Shown: piece by piece, positions 9,958 through 16,867 of the stretch | Numbering within the stretch: the stretch's first letter is position 1 | Layout: every line of letters starts with the position of its first letter | Assembly (NCBI GenBank): GCA_905202605.1 | Contig: CAJKSU010000001.1 | Span: 1-47,745, forward strand | Reading direction: 5' to 3' | Source: an uncultured Eubacteriales bacterium | GTDB lineage: Bacteria > Bacillota > Clostridia > Oscillospirales > Oscillospiraceae | Length of the DNA stretch: 47,745 nt | Position numbers and translations under genes: made by a program | Notes under the pieces: generated by a model | The model's database searches: none | Told to the model about the DNA's origin: nothing | Seen by the model: the letters and a program-made list of their open reading frames with translations, nothing else

Positions 9958-10045
9958 AGGAATCGGACTCCCTTTCATGTGAATTGCCTTACTGCCTTGG
10001 CAGAGGCAATATTATTTGATGTGGCTAACTTATTGATATGGTAGG

Positions 10046-10074
10046 ATTATACTCCAAAAATCGCCTGCATACAA
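10046..10074 (-). promoter_or_regulatory. Sigma-70-type promoter for glyA
   Basis: Minus strand reads TTGTAT (10074-10069), a 17-nt spacer, then TATAAT (10051-10046). The -35 lies inside the upstream operon's terminator hairpin. Confidence 0.55.
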
Positions 10075-10097
10075 CAGAAAACTGTGCAGGCAGGCGA
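10061..10097 (-). terminator. Rho-independent terminator of the peptidase-like/RelA-SpoT-like operon
   Basis: Imperfect hairpin (CGCCTG/CAGGCG outer stem, ACAG/CTGT inner stem) followed on the minus strand by TTTTT (10060-10056), 56 nt after the stop at 10153. Confidence 0.65.
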
Positions 10098-10152
10098 AAA
10101 TCGGCGGTATGAATAAAAATACAGGGAAATGGCCGGGGAAAAATGTTTCGAT

Positions 10153-11058
10153 TCAGCGCTTCCGGGCGCAGTCATCGATGCTGAGCAGCAACTCCGGTGG
10201 TGTCATGGCGGTGATTTCCGGGTTGTGGATTACCAGCGCATTGGTCAGAAACACCAGATTGTCCAGTGTAAGCAGAAAGCCGTGGAAACGACTGTCTGAG
10301 AGAAAGTCCAAGACGCTGAACCGATCGATTTGATACAGCTCGGCTGCAAGGTCAGGACGCTGATCCAGCAGCCGGCAGAGCGCCGGAGCAAGGGGCTGCT
10401 CCTCTACATGAACCCGGAGCTTGTTTTTCAGCATCGCCGTCCAGTCCTTTTCCCGGTACTTCCGGTCACAGAGCTTGTCAAAGATATTGAGCATGGACCA
10501 GTCGCAGGTGATCAGCGTGGCAAAGATACCGTTGAGAGCACGGCTCAGATCAGCGCTTCCTGCCCAGTCGGCTTTGGACTTGTACCGGAGGTCGTGCTCC
10601 ACCTCATGCCAGCCCTCGGAAAAGACAGTGCGCAGCTGGATCTCCACGGTGGTATCAATGGGGTAGTTGTCATAGATGGCACTGGGCAACTCCTGACGGC
10701 AGCTCATGGGCAGCTTACAGATAAAATTCAGCCGGGTGGGGCTGAAGGTGTCGGCGTCCGGGCGGTCCTCGGTAATGGATACCACGGAGAACCGATCCTC
10801 GATGATCCGGCGGCACAGCGCCTGATCGTCCTGAAAATAGACGGCAATCCGGATGCCAAAGAGATCCTGCATCCGTTTTCCGTCCTGATAGTTTTTCACA
10901 TTGAGCTTTGCGCGGGTGGAAGCAGCGGTTTTGGTTCGGGTAAATAGCCGGTAGTATAGGCCGCACTGCTCCAGACCGTCGGTGAGTCTGGTCGCCATGC
11001 TGCGGACAATGGATTCCGGGATCTCCCGGAAGTCCTGCTCCAGATTTGGATATTCCAT
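10153..11058 (-). CDS. RelA/SpoT-domain (RSH synthetase-fold) nucleotide pyrophosphokinase with unassigned C-terminal domain
   Basis: 301 aa. Core synthetase motifs RTKTAASTRAKL, MQDLFGIRIAVYFQDD, EIQLRT and GWHEVEHDLRYK. The last ~125 aa carry no motif I recognise. The RBS is weak (AAGGA 14 nt upstream). Confidence 0.8.
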   Translation of the reverse strand: MEYPNLEQDFREIPESIVRSMATRLTDGLEQCGLYYRLFTRTKTAASTRAKLNVKNYQDGKRMQDLFGIRIAVYFQDDQALCRRIIEDRFSVVSITEDRPDADTFSPTRLNFICKLPMSCRQELPSAIYDNYPIDTTVEIQLRTVFSEGWHEVEHDLRYKSKADWAGSADLSRALNGIFATLITCDWSMLNIFDKLCDRKYREKDWTAMLKNKLRVHVEEQPLAPALCRLLDQRPDLAAELYQIDRFSVLDFLSDSRFHGFLLTLDNLVFLTNALVIHNPEITAMTPPELLLSIDDCARKR

Positions 11059-11109
11059 GGGGTGATTACATCCTTTTTTCGGGACAGCACCGGACTGGGG
11101 CTGCCCATG

Positions 11110-11607
11110 TTATTTTGCGGTGATGGTCAGGGTCAGCGGGAACTTTACATAATCCCAATAAAACTCCGCCATAGAGATGGTGTGATGGGCATAGCCGGGG
11201 ACTGCGCCGAAAAATCGCAGTCTGCCGTCTGGCTGGCGGGAAAATGCGGCGAAGTGATTGGTCTTCCCGGCGCGGTAAAAGACAATACCTGCCCGGCTGC
11301 TCCGGGCAAGCTCCTGAGCGTGGAAGGGGCGCAGGGCAAATTCCAGCGGCACCCCCTGATGGCGCAGTTCATAAACCATGGCAAAAAAATTCAGCCCCAG
11401 CCGCCCGCCGGGCAGCAGCGTCCGCTCCAGCCGATGGAGCAGCACATCCGGGTCTGGGGCCCGATCCAGTGCTTTCAAAAAGTTATAGGCGGCGATCCAG
11501 CCGCAGCCGTTTTTGCTGGAAGGGCAGCCGCCGAAGGAGATCGACTCCGTTTGACGCTGGTCAATGATATAGCCGTCGTCGCTGAGGGCCTTGGGATCAA
11601 GCTCCAT
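11110..11607 (-). CDS. Cytoplasmic papain-fold (peptidase C39-like) cysteine-peptidase-like protein
   Basis: 165 aa with no signal peptide. The Gln...Cys...His order (IIDQRQ, NGCGWIAAYNFL, GKTNHFAAF) resembles C39-like/BtrH-N-like folds. GGAGG RBS 5 nt before the ATG. The fold call rests on motifs only. Confidence 0.55.
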   Translation of the reverse strand: MELDPKALSDDGYIIDQRQTESISFGGCPSSKNGCGWIAAYNFLKALDRAPDPDVLLHRLERTLLPGGRLGLNFFAMVYELRHQGVPLEFALRPFHAQELARSSRAGIVFYRAGKTNHFAAFSRQPDGRLRFFGAVPGYAHHTISMAEFYWDYVKFPLTLTITAK

Positions 11608-11657
11608 AAAAACCTCCGGTTCTGTGTCGATTTTTACGCAATCCTGTCATTTCATTT

Positions 11658-11686
11658 ATTTTATCACATCTGGGGGACTTTTGAAA
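11658..11686 (-). promoter_or_regulatory. Extended -10 promoter for the 11607-10153 operon
   Basis: Minus strand reads TGaTAAAAT (11666-11658), with TTCAAA/TTTCAA at 16-17 nt spacing. Confidence 0.5.
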
Positions 11687-11700
11687 GAAGAAAAACAGGG

Positions 11701-11720
11701 ACGGTGCAGAACGGTGCAAA
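11701..11720. repeat. Tandem 10-bp direct repeat ACGGTGCAgA ACGGTGCAaA in a divergent promoter region
   Basis: An exact 8-mer repeated with 10-bp periodicity, ending 16 nt upstream of the + strand -35 box. Confidence 0.6.
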
Positions 11721-11736
11721 TTGCTGCTGGATACCA

Positions 11737-11765
11737 TTGACATAAAATGAAACAGATGCTATGAT
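11737..11765 (+). promoter_or_regulatory. Near-consensus sigma-70 promoter for 11881-12624
   Basis: TTGACA (11737-11742), 17-nt spacer, TATGAT (11760-11765). This leaves a leader of about 110 nt. Confidence 0.65.
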
Positions 11766-11880
11766 GGAATCGTGAAATGCCGTGAAAACGGTCACATGGG
11801 TGCCTTGCCGGAACGAATGAAGCTCTCAATTGACGGTCTAAAATAGATCGTCCCCGACCTGCGGAAAAGGAGGAACCGAA

Positions 11881-12624
11881 ATGAAGCGCGTTACGATCAC
11901 AGCCCTGTCTATGGTACTTGTCTCGGTGGTCCTGCTGTTTATTCTGGATGCAGCGGCGAGCCGGGGAGAAGTAGAAGCCGTGTATGAGGCGATGATTGGT
12001 GCAAAAAATGTCCAGCTGGCGCTGGGGGCTTATGTATCGGAGAACGGCACAACGGCGCAGCTGACGGATGCGGAAATTCAGGCGCAGCTTGATGCCTATA
12101 ATGCCGAGGTGGATCGCTATTATGCCCTGGACAATGTATGCCGGGAGGAATATAAGGATTGGAATGAGACGATGCTGCGGGAATCCTATGTGGATGAAAC
12201 ATTTTATCGGCTGGAGGGCGGCGTGCTGGACTATCAAGTTCACAATTTAGAGTTTAATTCCGAGAAGACGGAAGCTACCCTAAAGTTGACTGCAACGCTG
12301 TATAATAAGTGGATTTCGGAAACGGAGGGCGGCGATTATTGGATTCAGTGCTGTGCAGGCAATACGGAAATGACTGCCGTATTGGTCAAGGAAGATGGCG
12401 ATTGGAAGCTGCTGCGCTATGATTCCTATCAGAAGCAGGAGAACTGGATGCCTCAGGATATCCTGTCCGACCACGGCACGGCGGCCTATGCCGCCTCAGC
12501 GGAGGCGGATGCTGAGGCGCTGGAGGCGGGCGAGCTGGCGAATGCGGAGTATGACAATTTTGCGGATGCTGTGGAGGCGGCAAACCGGATCCATGTTGCG
12601 GATATTTGCCCTCTTTCGGCGTAA
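11881..12624 (+). CDS. Hypothetical membrane-anchored/secreted protein (possible NTF2-like domain, acidic Ala-rich tail)
   Basis: 247 aa with AAGGAGG RBS. N-terminal hydrophobic anchor ITALSMVLVSVVLLFIL. A beta-rich segment (TEATLKLTATLYNKWI...TAVLVKEDGDWKLLRYD) is typical of small NTF2-like lipoprotein domains. C-terminus is AEADAEALEAGELANAEYD. Confidence 0.6.
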   Translation: MKRVTITALSMVLVSVVLLFILDAAASRGEVEAVYEAMIGAKNVQLALGAYVSENGTTAQLTDAEIQAQLDAYNAEVDRYYALDNVCREEYKDWNETMLRESYVDETFYRLEGGVLDYQVHNLEFNSEKTEATLKLTATLYNKWISETEGGDYWIQCCAGNTEMTAVLVKEDGDWKLLRYDSYQKQENWMPQDILSDHGTAAYAASAEADAEALEAGELANAEYDNFADAVEAANRIHVADICPLSA

Positions 12625-12656
12625 CCGCTGCGGATTCGACTTGAATAGAATTCCGA

Positions 12657-12690
12657 GGGAAGCTCACGGCAGGAATGCACGGAGCTTCCC
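12657..12690 (+). terminator. Terminator after 11881-12624
   Basis: GGGAAGCTC / GAGCTTCCC 9-bp stem followed by TTT. Confidence 0.6.
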
Positions 12691-12734
12691 TTTGCGCATT
12701 TCGCCATAATTTTGGTATTTTTTTTGATTTCCGC

Positions 12735-12765
12735 TTGACATGGCCCCTGGGGCCAAGGGTAAAAT
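12735..12765 (+). promoter_or_regulatory. MerR-type promoter with 19-bp spacer and operator dyad
   Basis: TTGACA (12735-12740), a 19-nt spacer containing the perfect dyad TGGCCCC-T-GGGGCCA (12741-12755), then TAAAAT (12760-12765), directly upstream of the MerR-family gene. Confidence 0.7.
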
Positions 12766-12794
12766 GAAGCTGGAACAGGAAAGGGGGAACCGGA

Positions 12795-13604
12795 ATGAAG
12801 CTGAAAGAGGTCTGCGAGTCCACGGGCCTGACCCGTAAGACCATCCGATTGTATGAGGAAAAGGGTCTGCTGGTGCCGCACAAGGAATACCGGAACGGAC
12901 GGGAGTACCGGGAGTACACCCCGGAGGACATAGAACAGCTGCGGGAGATTGCCACCCTGCGCCGGGCATGGTTCACCATGGACGAGATTGCACGGATGCA
13001 GCAGAACCCGGAGACCATCGGGGAGATTTTCCCACAGTATCTCCAGTGGCTGGAGGCTCAGCAGCAGACCCTGCGGCAGCTTTTGTCGGCGGCGAGGGCC
13101 ATTGACCCGGAGCAGGTGAAAAGCGTGGCGGAGCTGTCTCACGGGATGAAGGAAGCGGAGAATATGCCGCTGCCTCAGGCGGATATCAAGCCGAAGTTTC
13201 GATATCTGGATGCGCAGGAGCAGCGTCCGCCGCGGGTTTCCATACAGGATACCATGCTGCTGATGGATGGAAAGCCGCTGCTCTGGCCTTGGGTCTTTAA
13301 GACTCGGAGTCAGGCGATGCTGGACGAGACACGAAAACTGGCAACAGAGACGCAGCCCGTGAAGGATCGTGCACCCCAGAAGGAACCGATATGGCTGAAA
13401 GTCGTGCAGATTCCCATTACCGCCTTGACGTTCTGCGCCTTCGGTGTGGCCTGCCTATACGCCATGGGGATGCGGTTTTTCTGGCAGGCATGGCTGGTAT
13501 TTGCCATCAGCGGCGGTCTATGGGCAGGAATCGCACGATGGCGCTACCGGCGGGAGCAAGCGGCCTGGGTTCAGCGCATGGGCTGGGATCGAGAGACACG
13601 GTAG
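12795..13604 (+). CDS. MerR-family transcriptional regulator with C-terminal two-TM membrane anchor
   Basis: N-terminal MerR wHTH (MKLKEVCESTGLTRKTIRLYEEKGLL...YREYTPEDIEQLREIATLRRAWFTMDEI). Two C-terminal hydrophobic helices (IPITALTFCAFGVACLYAMG, AWLVFAISGGLWAGIA). Confidence 0.85.
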   Translation: MKLKEVCESTGLTRKTIRLYEEKGLLVPHKEYRNGREYREYTPEDIEQLREIATLRRAWFTMDEIARMQQNPETIGEIFPQYLQWLEAQQQTLRQLLSAARAIDPEQVKSVAELSHGMKEAENMPLPQADIKPKFRYLDAQEQRPPRVSIQDTMLLMDGKPLLWPWVFKTRSQAMLDETRKLATETQPVKDRAPQKEPIWLKVVQIPITALTFCAFGVACLYAMGMRFFWQAWLVFAISGGLWAGIARWRYRREQAAWVQRMGWDRETR

Positions 13605-13630
13605 CATTTTAGGAGAGGGGAAGAAAGATC

Positions 13631-13714
13631 GTGAAGCTAAAAGAAGTCTGCAAGTCCACCGGCCTCAGCCGGAAAACCATTCGGCTCTACGAGGAAAAGC
13701 GCAAATCGAGATAA
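13631..13714 (+). pseudogene. Truncated MerR-family N-terminal fragment (27 codons)
   Basis: Translates to VKLKEVCKSTGLSRKTIRLYEEKRKSR*. It is collinear with, and clearly related in nucleotide sequence to, the first ~23 codons of 12795-13604, then diverges into the MATE terminator. Confidence 0.55.
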
Positions 13715-13722
13715 CGCAAAAA

Positions 13723-13750
13723 CGGACGCATTCCACGGTGAATGCGTCCG
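13723..13750 (-). terminator. Rho-independent terminator of the MATE gene
   Basis: CGGACGCATTC / GAATGCGTCCG 11-bp stem followed on the minus strand by TTTTT (13722-13718). Confidence 0.75.
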
Positions 13751-13766
13751 TCCTTGCATGATTTCA

Positions 13767-15140
13767 TTATTTCTGTACCGCCAGCTTATGGTGCTCCCAT
13801 CTGCCGGAGAGGTAATAGCCAAAGGCCATCAGCGCCGTGACCCAAATGGCAAGGGCATGACCAAGGAAGAAGCCGTTCAGCCCCATGCCCAGCGTGATGC
13901 CCAGCAGCAGGCTCAGGGAGATTCGCGCTACCACGCTGTCCAGCAGACCAATTGCCATGGACAGAGCGGTAAAGCCGATGCCGTTGATGACGGAGTTAAA
14001 GCTGGAATTGAAAATCGAGGCGGCAAAACCGATGCAGGAGATCCGCAGATAGGTGGGCGCCAGCGCCAGCACCGCCTCATCGGTGGTGAAGATCGTGAAA
14101 ATCTGCCGGGGGAACAGGAGACAGCCCAGAATGAATATCCCATAGACCGTGCCGTTGAGGATAAAGCAGGTATGGACGGACTGTTTTACCCGATCCGGAC
14201 GGCCTGCCGCCATGTTCTGCCCCACCATGGAGGCGTTGGCGGTGGACATGCCATGAGTGATGATGGAGGGAATGTTCTGGAGCTTCAGTCCTGCCCCATA
14301 TACCGCCGAGGCCGCTTCTCCATAGGCGTTGACAAAGGAGTTGACGAACAGCATGGAGATGGAGATTGCCGCCATCTGGAAGGCCAGAGGAACGCCCAGC
14401 TTGGTCAGTATCTTTAGGGTGGGACCGTGGATTTTCAGCGTAGACCGGGAGAAGGTGAACCCGAAGGATTCCCGCTTGACGATCAGATAGATCAGCGCGG
14501 ACAGGAACGAGATCGCCTGAGAGATCACCGTTGCCACAGCGGCGCCTGCGGCGCCCAGTCCGAACCCTGCCACAAAGATCAAATCGAGGATCAGATTGAT
14601 CACCGAGGCAATGGCGACGAACACCAGAGGACGCTTGGAATCTCCCATGCCCCGGAGAATGGAGCACAGAGCGTTATAGCCGAAGATAAAGATGCAGCCG
14701 CTGTTGCAGATCACCATATAGGAGGCGGCCTCCTGAAAGGCTGCTTCCGGGGTGTTCAGCAGCCGGAGCAGGTCATTATGGAATACGATGGAGAGCAGAC
14801 CCAGCACCACGGCGGAAAGCATGGTAAAGGAAAACAGCGTGCCGATGGTTTTCTGCATTTCCTGATGCTTTTTGGCGCCCACCTGCTGCGCCAGCAGAAT
14901 CTGACCGCCGGTACAGAAGCCGGTACAGACAAAGGTCAAAAGATCCACCAGCCGCCCGCCGGTGGATACGGCGGAAAGCCCGGCGGAGCCCATATAATGC
15001 CCCACCACGGACATATCTACCAGATTATAGACCGTTTGCAGCAGGTTCGAGAGCATAAACGGAAAAGCGAAGTATAAGAGCTTCCGTGCAACCGAGCCTT
15101 CTGTCAGATCGTTGATAAAGGACTTACCTTGAGTTGACAT
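13767..15140 (-). CDS. MATE family efflux transporter
   Basis: 457 aa, about 12 TM. N-terminus (LLYFAFPFMLSNLLQTVYNLVDMSVVGHY) is typical of MATE/NorM-like pumps. Confidence 0.9.
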   Translation of the reverse strand: MSTQGKSFINDLTEGSVARKLLYFAFPFMLSNLLQTVYNLVDMSVVGHYMGSAGLSAVSTGGRLVDLLTFVCTGFCTGGQILLAQQVGAKKHQEMQKTIGTLFSFTMLSAVVLGLLSIVFHNDLLRLLNTPEAAFQEAASYMVICNSGCIFIFGYNALCSILRGMGDSKRPLVFVAIASVINLILDLIFVAGFGLGAAGAAVATVISQAISFLSALIYLIVKRESFGFTFSRSTLKIHGPTLKILTKLGVPLAFQMAAISISMLFVNSFVNAYGEAASAVYGAGLKLQNIPSIITHGMSTANASMVGQNMAAGRPDRVKQSVHTCFILNGTVYGIFILGCLLFPRQIFTIFTTDEAVLALAPTYLRISCIGFAASIFNSSFNSVINGIGFTALSMAIGLLDSVVARISLSLLLGITLGMGLNGFFLGHALAIWVTALMAFGYYLSGRWEHHKLAVQK

Positions 15141-15220
15141 AATTCATTCACCCTTTAATAATTAGATGACGAATTATATCATAGCAGAAACGAAGCGGAA
15201 TTGCAATGGGAAAGAAAAAT

Positions 15221-15250
15221 TCTGGACTGCCGGAGAACCGACAGTCCAGA
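15221..15250 (-). terminator. Terminator of 16647-15262
   Basis: TCTGGACTG / CAGTCCAGA stem followed on the minus strand by ATTTTTCTTT. Confidence 0.7.
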
Positions 15251-15261
15251 AGAAAGAGACG

Positions 15262-16647
15262 TTATGCGTTCTTGCTGGGGAGCACGATGGTAGCGCCGCC
15301 CTCCTCATAAATCTCATCATCGTTGATGGTGGTGATCCAGAAGCCCAGCTCTACATAGTGCTTTCCGTCCTTTTCGTACTTGTCATAGACCTGAGAATGG
15401 ATCTTCATGACGTCGTACTGGAGGCCGTGGGTGTTGCACTTCTTGCCGGCCATGGCGGGAATCTTCTCAATCATCTCGCAGACGGCAGTGTTCTTGGGGA
15501 AGCAGAAGCCCTGCTCGGTGGGATCGGTCATAATGCCCCAGCGGATATTCTGAATCCAGCCATGGGAGCCCATCCAGTTATTGATATGATGGATTGCGAA
15601 GTCCCGGCCAAGGAAGTTGATGAAGATGGAGCGCTTTTCCTCCTTGGGAGGAGCACCGGCTCCGGGAGGGGGACCCATTTTTGCGCGGGGATCGTCATAG
15701 GGCGGAACCTCCGGATCCCACTCTTTCATATCTGCGGGAACATAGACGCCGTACTTGGGGTCGCGGGTCATCTTGGCGCGAACCTCGGGGTCAGAGAGCT
15801 CCTTCATGGTGCGGCTGCCGCCCACTGCCATGCCATAAGGAGGCGTGGGGTTGCAGGAGGCATGAATGGGGCCGTCGATGGTCACATTGGGCATATCGCC
15901 CACGTTGACATCCTCCCAGTAAAGGGGCTTGTCACCGCGGTAATCCTCCTTGGCCCATGTGTCAAAGATCTGCTGCCAATCCTCGTCGGTGTAGCAGTGA
16001 ATGGGACGTGTCCACCAGTCGGGGCTTTCCCATGCACGGGTGCCGGGGGTCATATCAGCGGGATCCTCATAGCTCTTGAGATTTTCTCTTGCGGAGAACA
16101 TCACACCCAGAACCTTTTCCCCCTTCTGGTTGTAGACGGAGCCGGTGCATTTGAGCACCAGATTCCGGTAGATGCTGCCCTCCTTGGGGGTCAGGTCAAC
16201 GAGCTCCAGCTTGTCCTTGACCAGATAGAGCGTATCACCTGCATAGACAGGGGCAAGCTGCTCAATTTCGTGGTGAAGGCCGGTAACGGCGAGAAAATCA
16301 CGTGCCTTGCCGTTGAAGGCAGTGAGAAAGCTATCATCATGGGCAGCAAAAGCTGGCATGGCAATCTTCCCGGCATAGCCCAGAGATTTTGCATACGCAT
16401 CATCGGTGTAAAGCTTATTGTCAGGGTCGTACTTCTTCGCGTTGTAGAGCATCATATCTTCCTTGACTTCCAACACGTTGGAGAAGCCCTGCGTGCCCTT
16501 TTCAATCTTACCGGAGATCAGCGCCTGTACGTCGATGGGGCCGCGATCCTCCAGCTCTTTGATTTTGGCGAAATATTCCTCAGCATAGGGTTTTTCCCGT
16601 TCCGTCCATACGCCGGGATAGACGGTGACAAACTTACCAGTTCCCAT
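15262..16647 (-). CDS. Uncharacterised 461-aa protein, possibly MaoC-like double hot-dog fold
   Basis: Clean ORF with RBS (AGGAAAGGATGG). The segment YDPDNKLYTDDAYAKSLGYAGKIAMPAF loosely resembles a degenerate hydratase-2/MaoC motif (N and L kept, D and H replaced). Pro/Gly-rich insert PPYDDPRAKMGPPPGAGAPPKEEK. The fold call is weak. Confidence 0.4.
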   Translation of the reverse strand: MGTGKFVTVYPGVWTEREKPYAEEYFAKIKELEDRGPIDVQALISGKIEKGTQGFSNVLEVKEDMMLYNAKKYDPDNKLYTDDAYAKSLGYAGKIAMPAFAAHDDSFLTAFNGKARDFLAVTGLHHEIEQLAPVYAGDTLYLVKDKLELVDLTPKEGSIYRNLVLKCTGSVYNQKGEKVLGVMFSARENLKSYEDPADMTPGTRAWESPDWWTRPIHCYTDEDWQQIFDTWAKEDYRGDKPLYWEDVNVGDMPNVTIDGPIHASCNPTPPYGMAVGGSRTMKELSDPEVRAKMTRDPKYGVYVPADMKEWDPEVPPYDDPRAKMGPPPGAGAPPKEEKRSIFINFLGRDFAIHHINNWMGSHGWIQNIRWGIMTDPTEQGFCFPKNTAVCEMIEKIPAMAGKKCNTHGLQYDVMKIHSQVYDKYEKDGKHYVELGFWITTINDDEIYEEGGATIVLPSKNA

Positions 16648-16681
16648 TTATAGTTCCATCCTTTCCTAAAAATGTTTCGTA

Positions 16682-16738
16682 TTCGGAACATAAGGCATTA
16701 TACAACAACAGTTCCGAAAGTGCAATATAATTTCGGAA
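16682..16738. promoter_or_regulatory. Three TTCGGAA-type half-sites (candidate RpiR operators)
   Basis: TTCGGAAC (16682-16689), GTTCCGAAA (16711-16719) and TTTCGGAA (16731-16738). The last two form an 8-bp perfect inverted repeat with an 11-nt spacer. Confidence 0.45.
16697..16725 (-). promoter_or_regulatory. Putative promoter for 16647-15262
   Basis: Minus strand reads TTGCAC (16725-16720), a 17-nt spacer, then TATAAT (16702-16697). The spacer contains the GTTCCGAAA half-site. Confidence 0.45.
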
Positions 16739-16867
16739 AATATAACACCGTTGCACAAAAAGACACAGGGCAGAAACGGGAAACGTCACGCCAACAGTCC
16801 GGAAGCATTGCAATTTCCAAAAAAATATGATTTAATGGAAGGGAATTTGATAAAGGGGGATGGCGAT

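Noticed and set aside
8776-10044. 422-aa plus-strand ORF opposite glyA (and 8501-9292)
   Set aside because: Antisense shadow of glyA. The second ORF also runs through the bidirectional terminator hairpin.
15166-16653. 495-aa ORF on the plus strand opposite the 461-aa gene
   Set aside because: Shadow ORF with low-complexity Gly/Ala/Leu/His-rich translation and no RBS. The minus-strand frame has an RBS, promoter, terminator and globular-looking sequence.
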